A DNA stretch of 64,000 nt, taken from assembly GCA_041394265.1 (NCBI GenBank), contig JAWKIO010000005.1, positions 3,239,401-3,303,400 on the forward strand, read 5' to 3'. Positions 10,764 to 19,512 of the stretch are shown here, piece by piece. The notes beneath the pieces were generated by a model that searched no databases, was not told the DNA's origin, and saw nothing but the letters and a program-made list of their open reading frames with translations. Position 1 is the first letter of the stretch, and the number at the start of each line of letters is the position of its first letter. Source of the DNA: Acidimicrobiales bacterium. GTDB lineage: Bacteria; Actinomycetota; Acidimicrobiia; Acidimicrobiales; SZUA-35. Made by a program: the position numbers and the translations under genes.

Positions 10764-12257
10764 ATGCGAATCGCCATTGGAGGAATCGTCCACGAGACCA
10801 ACAGCTACGCCGTCGACTCGTTCGGGATGACGTCCTTGTCGTCCTTCGGCGTACGCCGCGATGAGCGGATCTTGCGATACGAGGGCACGCGCACCTTCAT
10901 CGGCGGCATGATCGCCGGCGCACGGGCGGCGGGGCACGAAGTGGTGCCGACGCTGCACGCCTTCGCCCAACCGTCGGGGACGATCGAAGCCGAGACGTAT
11001 TCGCTGCTGCGGGACGAGCTGGTCGAGCGGATCGAGGCTGCGTTGCCGCTGGATGCCGTCGTGCTCGACACCCATGGCGCAGGCATCGTCGAAGGCATCG
11101 ATGACCTGGAGGCCGATCTCGGTGCCTCGATCCGATCGGTGATCGGCGAATCGATTCCGCTGCTGACCACCCTCGACCTCCACGGCAGCATCACCGAGGA
11201 GATGAACGAGGTCTACGACTACCTGCTCGGCGTCTACGAGTACCCGCATGTCGACATGTACGAGCGAGGAGTCGAGGCGATCGAGGCCGTTCCTCGGTTG
11301 GCCTCGGGTGAGTGGCGGCCCGAAACCGTCGTCGAACGCCTTCCGCTCCTGATTCCGACGTCGACGACCGACCGCGGCGTTGCGGCCGAACTCCGGGATC
11401 GCTGTCTCGCAGCGACAAACGAACCGGGTGTCCTGCGTGCCGCGTTCTTCCACGGATTCCCCTACACCGACATTCCGCAGGCCGGTTCATCGATCGTCGT
11501 ATCGACCAACGGCGATCCCGAACTGGCCCGTGCGGTGGCCCAGCGTCTCGCCGCCGAGGTCTGGCAGCGGCGCGAGGAGTTCCGGGGTGAGTCGTTGACC
11601 CCAGAGCTCGCACTGCGCCGAGCGATGGATCTGGTCGCTGTGAAGGGCGGGCCGGTGGTCGTCAACGACACCGCCGACAACCCCGGCGGAGGCACGCCGG
11701 GCGACGCAACGCACGTACTGCGAGCGCTGGTGGAGGCCAACCCGGCGCGGGCCTGCTTCGCCACGATCTTCGATCCAATGGTCGCCCAGCAGGCACACGA
11801 GGCCGGGCCGAGTTCGGTCATTCGAGTATCGCTTGGTGGGAAGCACGACCAGTTGCACGGTGCGCCGCTCGAGCTGGACGTCTACGTGAAATGCGTGACC
11901 GATGGCCGATTCATCTATTCCTCGCCGATGCTGGCTGGGGTGGCGGCGGACTACGGGCGGTCGGCTCGCCTGCAGGTCGGTGGCCGGGACGGGCTCGACG
12001 TGATCGTCGTGTCGGAACGCTCGCAGGTCTTCGATCGTGAGGTCTTCGCCCTTCACGGCATCGACGTCGAGACCTACGGCCTCGTGGTGCTCAAGAGCAG
12101 CCAGCACTTCCGCGCCGGATTCGCCGACCTCGCGACCGAGATCGTGACCGCCGACAGCCCGGGGTTGACAACGCTCCGGGTCCAAAACTTCGAGCATGCT
12201 CGCGCTGACGGACCGAGGTGGCCGATCGACCCCGAGGCCGAATGGCCGATCCTCTGA
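10764..12257 (+). CDS. M81-family metallopeptidase (MlrC / microcystinase C-like)
   Basis: ORF 10527..12257. The family-typical N-terminus MRIAIGGIVHETNSY starts at the ATG at 10764. Confidence 0.8.
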   Translation: MRIAIGGIVHETNSYAVDSFGMTSLSSFGVRRDERILRYEGTRTFIGGMIAGARAAGHEVVPTLHAFAQPSGTIEAETYSLLRDELVERIEAALPLDAVVLDTHGAGIVEGIDDLEADLGASIRSVIGESIPLLTTLDLHGSITEEMNEVYDYLLGVYEYPHVDMYERGVEAIEAVPRLASGEWRPETVVERLPLLIPTSTTDRGVAAELRDRCLAATNEPGVLRAAFFHGFPYTDIPQAGSSIVVSTNGDPELARAVAQRLAAEVWQRREEFRGESLTPELALRRAMDLVAVKGGPVVVNDTADNPGGGTPGDATHVLRALVEANPARACFATIFDPMVAQQAHEAGPSSVIRVSLGGKHDQLHGAPLELDVYVKCVTDGRFIYSSPMLAGVAADYGRSARLQVGGRDGLDVIVVSERSQVFDREVFALHGIDVETYGLVVLKSSQHFRAGFADLATEIVTADSPGLTTLRVQNFEHARADGPRWPIDPEAEWPIL

Positions 12258-12276
12258 CCCGCGTCGTGCGGGTCAG
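12254..12276. terminator. Bidirectional hairpin between convergent genes
   Basis: CTGACCCGC-gtcgt-GCGGGTCAG has a 9-bp perfect stem. The two arms contain the convergent stop codons, TGA at 12255-12257 and tca at 12273-12275. Confidence 0.5.
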
Positions 12277-12995
12277 TCGGTATCTGCGATGCTGAGGCGG
12301 AGGGTCGTCGAGTCGCCGTGGTGCCAGCCGGTGCGACCCTCGCTCGTGAGTGACCAGACCGCTCGGCGGCCCATCACGAACGACTCGCCGTCGTGGACGA
12401 CGAGCCCGGTCTCCTCGTCGACGCCGATCACCGTGGTGCCGGGGGCAACCGAGCCGAGAATCGAGTCGGTCATGCCGGGGCGAAACGAGTCGAAGCGGTC
12501 GAAGTGGGGGATGACGCAGAGGTCAGCGAACACCCCGAGGCCCGTGACGAGGCCGGCCTGGCGGGGCGACGCAGTGACCGAGCCCATCATCATGGCGCCG
12601 GCCGAGCAACCGGCGAGCGCAGCACCGTCTCGCCACGCGGCGAGCACCGCAGCCCACACGAGCGTGTTGCGCATCGTCTCGATGACGTACGCCGGGTTGC
12701 CGCCCGAGAAGTAGATGATCGACGCATCACCGATCTGCTCGGCGTTGGCGGGGTCGTCGGCTCCTACGCGATCGATGATCGACAGCGGGACCGGTTCGAG
12801 CCCGAGTCGGTCGAAGTGGGCGATGCCTTTGTCGAGCCAGGAACCGACGCTGGTCGGCCCCTCCTGCCCCGCAGCCGTCGGGATGATGACGGCCCGGGCC
12901 GCGCGGCCCGACACCCGATCGAGCAGTGCGCCGTCGATCACGTCGGAGCACGCGAGGAATTCCCCACTGCCGACGAGACCGATCGGACCGGTCAT
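12273..12995 (-). CDS. Peptidase S51 / type-1 glutamine amidotransferase-like (dipeptidase E / cyanophycinase family)
   Basis: 240-aa ORF with serine nucleophile context LAGCSAGAMMMG. GGAGAGGA Shine-Dalgarno upstream. Separated from the DUF1269 gene stop by 3 nt. Confidence 0.75.
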   Translation of the reverse strand: MTGPIGLVGSGEFLACSDVIDGALLDRVSGRAARAVIIPTAAGQEGPTSVGSWLDKGIAHFDRLGLEPVPLSIIDRVGADDPANAEQIGDASIIYFSGGNPAYVIETMRNTLVWAAVLAAWRDGAALAGCSAGAMMMGSVTASPRQAGLVTGLGVFADLCVIPHFDRFDSFRPGMTDSILGSVAPGTTVIGVDEETGLVVHDGESFVMGRRAVWSLTSEGRTGWHHGDSTTLRLSIADTD

Positions 12996-12998
12996 CGA

Positions 12999-13619
12999 TC
13001 AGTCCTCTCCGGCGGCGCCGGAGGTGATCTCGTCGTCTGCGGCGCCAGAGGCGGTGTCGTGCTCTGCGGTGTCGTCGTCATGGTGAACGACCGGAATGGT
13101 CGACCCGAGTGCGTCGCCGATGCGCTGCATGGTCGATGGTTCGAAGGTCGACATCACGAGCTTCGCGCCGTTGAACCTGGCCGCCTCGGCCACGAGCATG
13201 TTGCGGTCGACGTCTTCCACCAACAGCACCACGGTGGTGGTGCCGGGTTCGACCTCGTCGCGGAACCACTCGACCCACTCGTCGGAGATCCCGAGATCGA
13301 TGACCTTGGCCGCGGCAGCGCCGGTACCGGCGCCGAGCACGGTGCCGGCAACCCAACCGACAGGGCCGCCGAGGATGAGGCCGATGAACCCGGACCAGAC
13401 CGCACCCGAGATGGCGCTGCTGGCCGGCTGGAGATCGTGCGTCTCCTGCACGGTGGTGCGACCATCGGTGTTCTTCACCACGATGACGGCGTCGTTCAGC
13501 TTGAGGTGCTTGTTGGCGTCGAGGCTCTTGGCGGCGAGCAGGAACTCCTGCGCTCGGAAGGCGTCGACGAACGACAACCCCACCAACGAACCACTCGTGT
13601 CATCACCGGTCAATCGCAT
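12999..13619 (-). CDS. DUF1269-like membrane protein
   Basis: ORF 12999..13790; ATG at 13619 (MRLTGDD...). Glycine-zipper membrane segment GAVWSGFIGLILGGPVGWVAGTVLGAGTGAAAA flanked by soluble halves, with an acidic tail. Confidence 0.65.
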   Translation of the reverse strand: MRLTGDDTSGSLVGLSFVDAFRAQEFLLAAKSLDANKHLKLNDAVIVVKNTDGRTTVQETHDLQPASSAISGAVWSGFIGLILGGPVGWVAGTVLGAGTGAAAAKVIDLGISDEWVEWFRDEVEPGTTTVVLLVEDVDRNMLVAEAARFNGAKLVMSTFEPSTMQRIGDALGSTIPVVHHDDDTAEHDTASGAADDEITSGAAGED

Positions 13620-13788
13620 GGTGACATCGTACGCAATGGTCCAGGCGAGACACCTCGCCGGGCCGATCGCTCCAGAGCGGGGCCGGTCGCGCCAAGGCGA
13701 TGTCGACCGCGACAGGCCGGTGTTGATCGCGTCAAGCACGACGCAATCAAGATTGCAGCAGCGACACCGAGCATCGATCCTGGCGGAC

Positions 13789-14937
13789 ATGTCGATCGAT
13801 CTTCACTTCCCGCCCGACCTCGAGCAGTTGCGGGCAGTGTGGCTGCGGTTCGCTCGCGACGAATGCGGGACTTACACCCCGCTGTACCGCTCGATCTGCG
13901 AGACAGTCGCCGACCGGGCCGAGGTGCTGCAGGTCACCGCCGACGGTCCGTCGCACGCTCGCCAGCCCAACCTGTTGCTGGCCGCAGTACACGCCTTGGT
14001 GCTGCGACACCGGGCAAGTGGGCCGGCGACTCGCGACCCAGCGCTCGACCGGCTGTGCGAGATCTATGAGTCGGGTCGCAGCGACGATGCCGGAGAAGGC
14101 TTTGTCGACGTGGTGCTCTCGCACCGTGACGAGGTGGCTCGACTGCTGGCGACCAGATTCACCCAGACCAACGAATGTGGGCGAAGTGCACCGCTGTCGC
14201 TCGCGCTCCACTCCGTCGCCGAGTCGTATGTGGGCACCGGTGCGGGGCCAGCAGGCTTGGCCCTCATCGATGCCGGTTGTAGCGCCGGCCTGAACCTCGC
14301 GGTCGATCGCTACCGGATCGACTTCGGCGACGACGGCGCATTCGGTCCGAGCGGTGGACCGCTCGTCGCGTCCGAGCTGCGGGGACCGCACGTGCATTCG
14401 ATGCTTCCGCTTCCCGAATCGCTCGTCTGCATTGGTTGGCGAGTCGGGCTGGAGCGGGCGCCGGTCGATCTGTCCGACGATGAGGCCGTCACCTGGATGC
14501 AGGCTTGTCTCTGGCCTGATCAACCGCACCGGCTCGAGCGTGCCGCTCAGGCCTTCACCCAGCTCCGGAGCAACCCACCTCGCATCGAGCAGGGTGACAT
14601 GGTCGACGACCTGACCTCACTGATCGACCAGGCACCTGCCGACCTCCTGGTCACGGTGCTCACCTCTTGGGCGGCCGCGTATCTGCGCCCCGCCGACCGG
14701 GAGCGCCTGGTCGAGGTGCTGCGGGCTGCCTCGGTAAACCGGCCGATCGTGTGGTTGAGCATGGAGTTCCCGGGTGTCGCTCCGGGTCTGGCGCTGCCCG
14801 ACTTCACGGTCGACACACCGACGAGCCCGAGTCTCGTCGGTGCGCTTCACTTCGATCGAGGCGAGATCGAGCCGAGGACCATCGGCTGGACCCACCCCCA
14901 CGGCGCCTGGTTCGCCCCAGCGGCTTCCCCCGTCTGA
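13789..14937 (+). CDS. DUF2332-family protein
   Basis: The real part of ORF 13096..14937 starts at the ATG at 13789. The N-terminus MSIDLHFPPDLEQLRAVWLRFARDECGTYTPLYRSICETVA...QPNLLLAAVHALVL matches my memory of the DUF2332 pattern. Confidence 0.65.
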   Translation: MSIDLHFPPDLEQLRAVWLRFARDECGTYTPLYRSICETVADRAEVLQVTADGPSHARQPNLLLAAVHALVLRHRASGPATRDPALDRLCEIYESGRSDDAGEGFVDVVLSHRDEVARLLATRFTQTNECGRSAPLSLALHSVAESYVGTGAGPAGLALIDAGCSAGLNLAVDRYRIDFGDDGAFGPSGGPLVASELRGPHVHSMLPLPESLVCIGWRVGLERAPVDLSDDEAVTWMQACLWPDQPHRLERAAQAFTQLRSNPPRIEQGDMVDDLTSLIDQAPADLLVTVLTSWAAAYLRPADRERLVEVLRAASVNRPIVWLSMEFPGVAPGLALPDFTVDTPTSPSLVGALHFDRGEIEPRTIGWTHPHGAWFAPAASPV

Positions 14938-14943
14938 TCAGCG

Positions 14944-15057
14944 TCTCCGGTACGTGGATGCCGCAGACGGCACCGTGGTACCGGACTTGCTGGTACCGCT
15001 CGCCGTGCGTCGGCATCTCCGGTACGTGGATGCCGCAGACGGCCTCGTGGTACCGGA
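14944..15057. repeat. Duplicated 42-bp hairpin element (2 copies, 72-bp period) in a convergent intergenic region
   Basis: Copy 1 is 14944-14985 and copy 2 is 15016-15057. They match at 40/42 positions. Each has an 8-bp outer stem TCCGGTAC/GTACCGGA and an inner TGCCG-caga-CGGCA stem. Confidence 0.8.
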
Positions 15058-15076
15058 GTTGTCGAAACTCGATCGG

Positions 15077-17479
15077 TCAGTCGGCCGTCGTCGCCGGGAG
15101 GGTGAGCGTGGCGCCCGGAGCGAGCTCGAAGGTCTCGGTCGCCGTGCCGACCTTGAGGCTCGGGCCCTCGAGGGAGGTGACGGTGCAGCTACCGTCCTTG
15201 GCCAGCTCGACCTCGATCTGCGTGCCGAACCGCATCATCCGGAATCGTGCCGCCGACCATGCCTCGGGCAGATTGGGTGTGAACCGCAGCGCGTCACCGT
15301 CGAACGACAGCCCACCAAAGCCGAACACCACACCGGCCCACACGCCGGCGGTCGACGCGATGTGCACCCCGTCGGACGCGTTGCCGTGGGTGTCGGCGAG
15401 GTCGACATAGAGCGCCTGGCGGAAGTACTCGTACGCCAGCTCGTCACGCCCGATCTGGGCGGCCACGATCGCCTGCACACACGCCGACAGTGACGAGTCG
15501 CCGGTGGTGATCGGGTCGTAGTAGTCGAAGTTGCGACGCTTCTGGTCGTCGGTGAAGTGGTCGGCCCGCAAGTACATGGCGAGGACGACGTCGGCCTGCT
15601 TCAGCACCTGATGCCGGTAGATGACCAGCGGGTGGAAGTGCAGCAACAGCGGGTACTTCTCGTCGGGTGTGTCCTCGAAGTCCCAGGGCTCTCGCTCGAG
15701 GAAGCTGTCGTCCTGGGGGTGGATGCCGAGGTCGGCGTCGAAGGGAAGGAACATGTGGTCGGCGGCCCGGTTCCAGGCCACCACCTCGTCGTCGGTGAGG
15801 CCCGTCTTGCGAACCAGACGCTGGTAGTCGGCGGGTCGCTCGGCCTTCAGCCGTTCGACGGTGTTGGCGGCGAAGCGGAGATTGAACCGCGCCATCACGT
15901 TCGTGTAGAGGTTGTCGTTGACCACGGCGGTGTATTCGTCGGGACCGGTTACCCCGTGGATGCGGAACTTCACCGATCCGTTGGTGGTGTAGAAGCCGAG
16001 GTCCTCCCACAGCCGAGCCGTCTCGGTGAGCACCTCGGCACCTTCGTCGGCGAGGAAGTCGAGGTCGTCGGTGGCGTCCATGTAGCGCTCGATGGCGAAC
16101 GCGATGGCGGCGTTGATGTGATAGGCCGCAGTACCGGCGGCGTAGTAGGCCGACGCTTCCTCACCGTTGATCGTCCGCCAGGGGAAGAGCGCCCCGTTCT
16201 GGTTCAGCGTGCGGGCTCGCTCCCGAGCGAGCGGCAGCAGCTTCCAACGGAACCGGAGGAGCTTGCGGGCCAGTTCGGGGTGCGTCACGGCGAGGAACGG
16301 AAGGACGTAGACCTCGGTGTCCCAGAAGTAGTGGCCTTCGTAGCCGTCGGCCGTGACGCCCTTGGCGGCAATGCCCTGTTCCTGCGTTCGAGCGGACGCC
16401 TGGGCGAGCTGCCACAGGTTCCACCGGATCGCCTGCTGGTCGGCGGCAAGCGAGCCGTCGCCGCCGTCGTCGATCTGGATGTCGCTGCGGCGCCAGAAGT
16501 CGTCGAGCCAGGTTCGCTGGGCGTCGAAGACGGTGTCGAGTCCAACGCTGATGGCACGGGCGATAGTGCGCTGGCAGCGATCGGCGAGTTCCTCGGCGGG
16601 AACGCCGCGCGACGAGTGGTACGAGATGATCTTCGACAGCTTGACCGTCTGGCCCTGGGCCAACTCGATCGAGAACACGGTCTTGGCGTGATCGGCCGAG
16701 ACGACGGTGTCGGTCTCGACATCGCAGTCACACTCGACCAGGTGGCGATAACCAACCGAGACGGTCATCCCGCTCTCGGCGCACCGGTAGCCGAGAACGA
16801 CGTCGTCGCCGTCGTGACGCTGGATCTGCGGGACGAGCACCCGGCGGCCGAACCGGCGGGACTTTCGGGGATCCATGCCCTCACCCAGCGCCGCCGAACG
16901 GACGTGGTACTCGTCTTCACCGTCTTGTCGGTTGAGGAGCTGGGACGAGATGACGATCGGCGCCGAGGCGTCGAGCGCGGTGATCTCGACCGAGGCCACG
17001 GCGAGATGGCGATACTCGAAGCTGATCAGGCGCTGCGTGCGGATCTGTACTCGACCGCCGCTCGGGGTGCGCCAGACGAGGTCTCGGGTGAGCGTTCCTG
17101 CCCGGAAGTCGACAACCCGCTCGTAGTGGTCGAGGTCGGCCTCACCGAGGAGCAGGGGCTCGTCGTCGACGTAGATCTTCATCACCTTTGCGTCGGGCAC
17201 GTTGACGATCGTCTGACCGGTGGTGGCGAAGCCGTAGGCATTCTCGGCGTGCTGGATCGGCCAGGTTTCGTGGAAGCCATTGAGCACGGTGCCGTGGCTG
17301 TGGGCCTCGCGGCCTTCCTCGGGATTGGCCCGCATGCCGAGGTAGCCGTTGCCGAGGGCGAACAGGGTCTCGGTCAGACCCAGGTCGGAGCCGTCGTATT
17401 CGGTCTCGACCAGGCGCCACGGGTCACTCGTGTCGAAGCGTGGCGTCGGCAGGTGGAGCGGCGTGTCGTGTCGAAGCAT
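15077..17479 (-). CDS. Glycoside hydrolase family 65 disaccharide phosphorylase (trehalose/maltose/kojibiose phosphorylase type)
   Basis: 800-aa ORF with LFALGNGYLGMRANPEEG near the N-terminus and a GH65 catalytic-acid region HGVTGPDEYTAVVNDNLYTN. A beta-phosphoglucomutase gene lies immediately upstream. Confidence 0.9.
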   Translation of the reverse strand: MLRHDTPLHLPTPRFDTSDPWRLVETEYDGSDLGLTETLFALGNGYLGMRANPEEGREAHSHGTVLNGFHETWPIQHAENAYGFATTGQTIVNVPDAKVMKIYVDDEPLLLGEADLDHYERVVDFRAGTLTRDLVWRTPSGGRVQIRTQRLISFEYRHLAVASVEITALDASAPIVISSQLLNRQDGEDEYHVRSAALGEGMDPRKSRRFGRRVLVPQIQRHDGDDVVLGYRCAESGMTVSVGYRHLVECDCDVETDTVVSADHAKTVFSIELAQGQTVKLSKIISYHSSRGVPAEELADRCQRTIARAISVGLDTVFDAQRTWLDDFWRRSDIQIDDGGDGSLAADQQAIRWNLWQLAQASARTQEQGIAAKGVTADGYEGHYFWDTEVYVLPFLAVTHPELARKLLRFRWKLLPLARERARTLNQNGALFPWRTINGEEASAYYAAGTAAYHINAAIAFAIERYMDATDDLDFLADEGAEVLTETARLWEDLGFYTTNGSVKFRIHGVTGPDEYTAVVNDNLYTNVMARFNLRFAANTVERLKAERPADYQRLVRKTGLTDDEVVAWNRAADHMFLPFDADLGIHPQDDSFLEREPWDFEDTPDEKYPLLLHFHPLVIYRHQVLKQADVVLAMYLRADHFTDDQKRRNFDYYDPITTGDSSLSACVQAIVAAQIGRDELAYEYFRQALYVDLADTHGNASDGVHIASTAGVWAGVVFGFGGLSFDGDALRFTPNLPEAWSAARFRMMRFGTQIEVELAKDGSCTVTSLEGPSLKVGTATETFELAPGATLTLPATTAD

Positions 17480-17536
17480 TGGTCTTCTCTTCGGAGTTTT
17501 CGGGGCGAGTACGAGGGTTTCGGTTGCCGGCCGGGC

Positions 17537-18313
17537 TCAGGGCACCAATTCGCCCAGGTCCTTGACGACGAACGAGGCGCCATTGGCCAACAGCTCGTCG
17601 GTGAACGAGCCCCGGTCGACGCCGATCACCAGGCCGAAGCCACCGGCGGCTCCGGCTGCCACGCCCGAGGTGGCGTCTTCGACGACGATCGTCTGCGCCG
17701 GGTCGACCCCGAGCCGTTCGGCGCCGAGCAGGAAGGCGTCGGGAGCCGGCTTGCCGTGCAGGCCGAGCTCGGCGCTGACGAGACCGTCGACGATGATCTC
17801 GAAGCGGCCGCCGAGCCCGGCCGCCGCGAGCACCGGGACGGCGTTCTTGGATGACGACACGATGGCCTGGGCGACACCGAGTGAGTCGAGGTGGTCGAGC
17901 AGGGCGAGCGAACCGGGATAGGCGTCGACCCCGTCGACCTCGATGATCTGGTTGAATTCGATGTTCTTGCGGTTGCCGAGTGCGCAGACCGTCTCATGGC
18001 CGGGCTCGTCGTCGGGTGTGCCCTCGGGGAGGTGGACCCCGCGTGATTCGAGGAAGGACCGGACGCCGAGATAGCGGGGCTTGCCATCGACGTAGCGCAG
18101 GTAGTCGTCGACGGTGAACGGTGAGCGGTCGGCCACGTCGTGGTCGGCGCCGCGCTGCTCGAGGAACCAGTCGAACAGTGCCTTCCAGGCTCGTTCGTGC
18201 ACCAGCGCCGTCGGAGTGATCACCCCGTCGAGGTCGAACAGCACGCCGGCGGCACGCTGCCAGTCGAGTGGGTGGGGCGACCAGTCGAAGGGGGTGGTGG
18301 GAGTGTTGCTCAC
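17537..18313 (-). CDS. pgmB: Beta-phosphoglucomutase (HAD superfamily)
   Basis: 258-aa ORF with HAD motif I VLFDLDGVITPT. Sits upstream of a GH65 phosphorylase, the classic pairing. Confidence 0.8.
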   Translation of the reverse strand: MSNTPTTPFDWSPHPLDWQRAAGVLFDLDGVITPTALVHERAWKALFDWFLEQRGADHDVADRSPFTVDDYLRYVDGKPRYLGVRSFLESRGVHLPEGTPDDEPGHETVCALGNRKNIEFNQIIEVDGVDAYPGSLALLDHLDSLGVAQAIVSSSKNAVPVLAAAGLGGRFEIIVDGLVSAELGLHGKPAPDAFLLGAERLGVDPAQTIVVEDATSGVAAGAAGGFGLVIGVDRGSFTDELLANGASFVVKDLGELVP

Positions 18314-18361
18314 GTCTGCGAGGGTATCGGTCGGACCCGGTGCGACCGGGATCGAACGCCC

Positions 18362-18757
18362 CTATCGATCGGGACGTTCACCTTCGTGAAACCGTCGGGC
18401 CAGGCTGACCTCGTGCCCGTCGGGGTCGAGGATGTGGAAGTAGCGCTCGCCCCACATGGCGTTGCTCGGCGCCATCATCGGTGTGCGACCGGCAGCGACG
18501 AGGCGGTCGTAGTGTGCGTCGGGATCGTCCACGAAGATGATGTAGCGGCCCCAGAACGAGGGCGGACCGAGCTCGGCCCGTTCGACCGTGAGGTTGATGA
18601 AGTTGGTGGCCGACCCCGGGACGAAGTCGTCGATGGCCATCGTGGCGAAGTCGGTGTCCGGGCCGCCGTAGACCGTGGTGCAGCCGATCAGCTCGTAGAA
18701 CTCGATGGCTGCCGCCATGTCGGTGGTGCGCAGCGTGATGGCGTTGAGCTCAGCCAC
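18362..18757 (-). CDS. VOC-family (glyoxalase/bleomycin-resistance fold) protein
   Basis: ORF 18362..18820. GTG at 18757 (VAELNAITLRTTDMAAAIEFY) keeps the domain intact and overlaps the upstream gene's stop by 8 nt. Confidence 0.7.
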   Translation of the reverse strand: MAELNAITLRTTDMAAAIEFYELIGCTTVYGGPDTDFATMAIDDFVPGSATNFINLTVERAELGPPSFWGRYIIFVDDPDAHYDRLVAAGRTPMMAPSNAMWGERYFHILDPDGHEVSLARRFHEGERPDR

Positions 18758-19490
18758 GACCGCCCGCCGCCATGCGTTCGGCCATGTCGTCGGGCATGCC
18801 GTGCGGGCGGGAACGCTCATGCCGCAACGCCTCGGCCCGAGGCCGCTCGAAGCGGTCGGCGATCAACTGCTTCACGATGCGATTGGTACCGCGCGAGTTG
18901 GCCAGGATCTGCTCGGCCAGCGAGCACACGGCGGCATCGAGCTCGTCGTCGGGAACGCAGTGGTCGACCAGGCCGATCGCTTCGGCTTCGGTGCCCGAGA
19001 TGCGTCGGGCTGTGAACATCAGTTCCTTGGCGGTCGAGCGGCCGACTCGCTCGGGGAGCCGGACCGACATGCCCCAGATCGGTGCCAGACCCCACTGGCC
19101 ATGGGTGTCGCCGAGCTTCGCCGATTCGGCGGCGATCAGGATGTCGCCGGCGAGTGCGAGTTCGAGCCCGCCGGTGAAGCAGTGGCCGTGGATGCGCACG
19201 ATCGTCGGTTGCCGCAGCTGCTCGAACGCGTCGACCGTTTCGGGAACGAAGTGGACACTCGGCGCTTTCGCTCCGCTGGCGATGCCGCCGAGGTCGTTGC
19301 CGGCACAGAACGATCGCCCTGCTCCCTCGAGCACCACGCAGCCAATCGAGTCGTCGGCGGCGATGGCGTCGATGTGTTGGCGCAGCTCGACGAAGGAATC
19401 GGGGAGGAGGGCGTTAAGCTTGTCGGGACGGTTCAGCGTGAGCGTGGCGAGGCCATCGGCATCGGTACGCACGACCAGAGGTTCAGCCAT
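18750..19490 (-). CDS. Enoyl-CoA hydratase/isomerase (crotonase) family protein
   Basis: ORF 18750..19679. ATG at 19490 gives MAEPLVVRTDADGLATLTLNRPDKLNAL, a typical crotonase N-terminus. Confidence 0.85.
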   Translation of the reverse strand: MAEPLVVRTDADGLATLTLNRPDKLNALLPDSFVELRQHIDAIAADDSIGCVVLEGAGRSFCAGNDLGGIASGAKAPSVHFVPETVDAFEQLRQPTIVRIHGHCFTGGLELALAGDILIAAESAKLGDTHGQWGLAPIWGMSVRLPERVGRSTAKELMFTARRISGTEAEAIGLVDHCVPDDELDAAVCSLAEQILANSRGTNRIVKQLIADRFERPRAEALRHERSRPHGMPDDMAERMAAGGRG

Positions 19491-19512
19491 GGGCCGAGCC
19501 TGCCAGTTCGCG

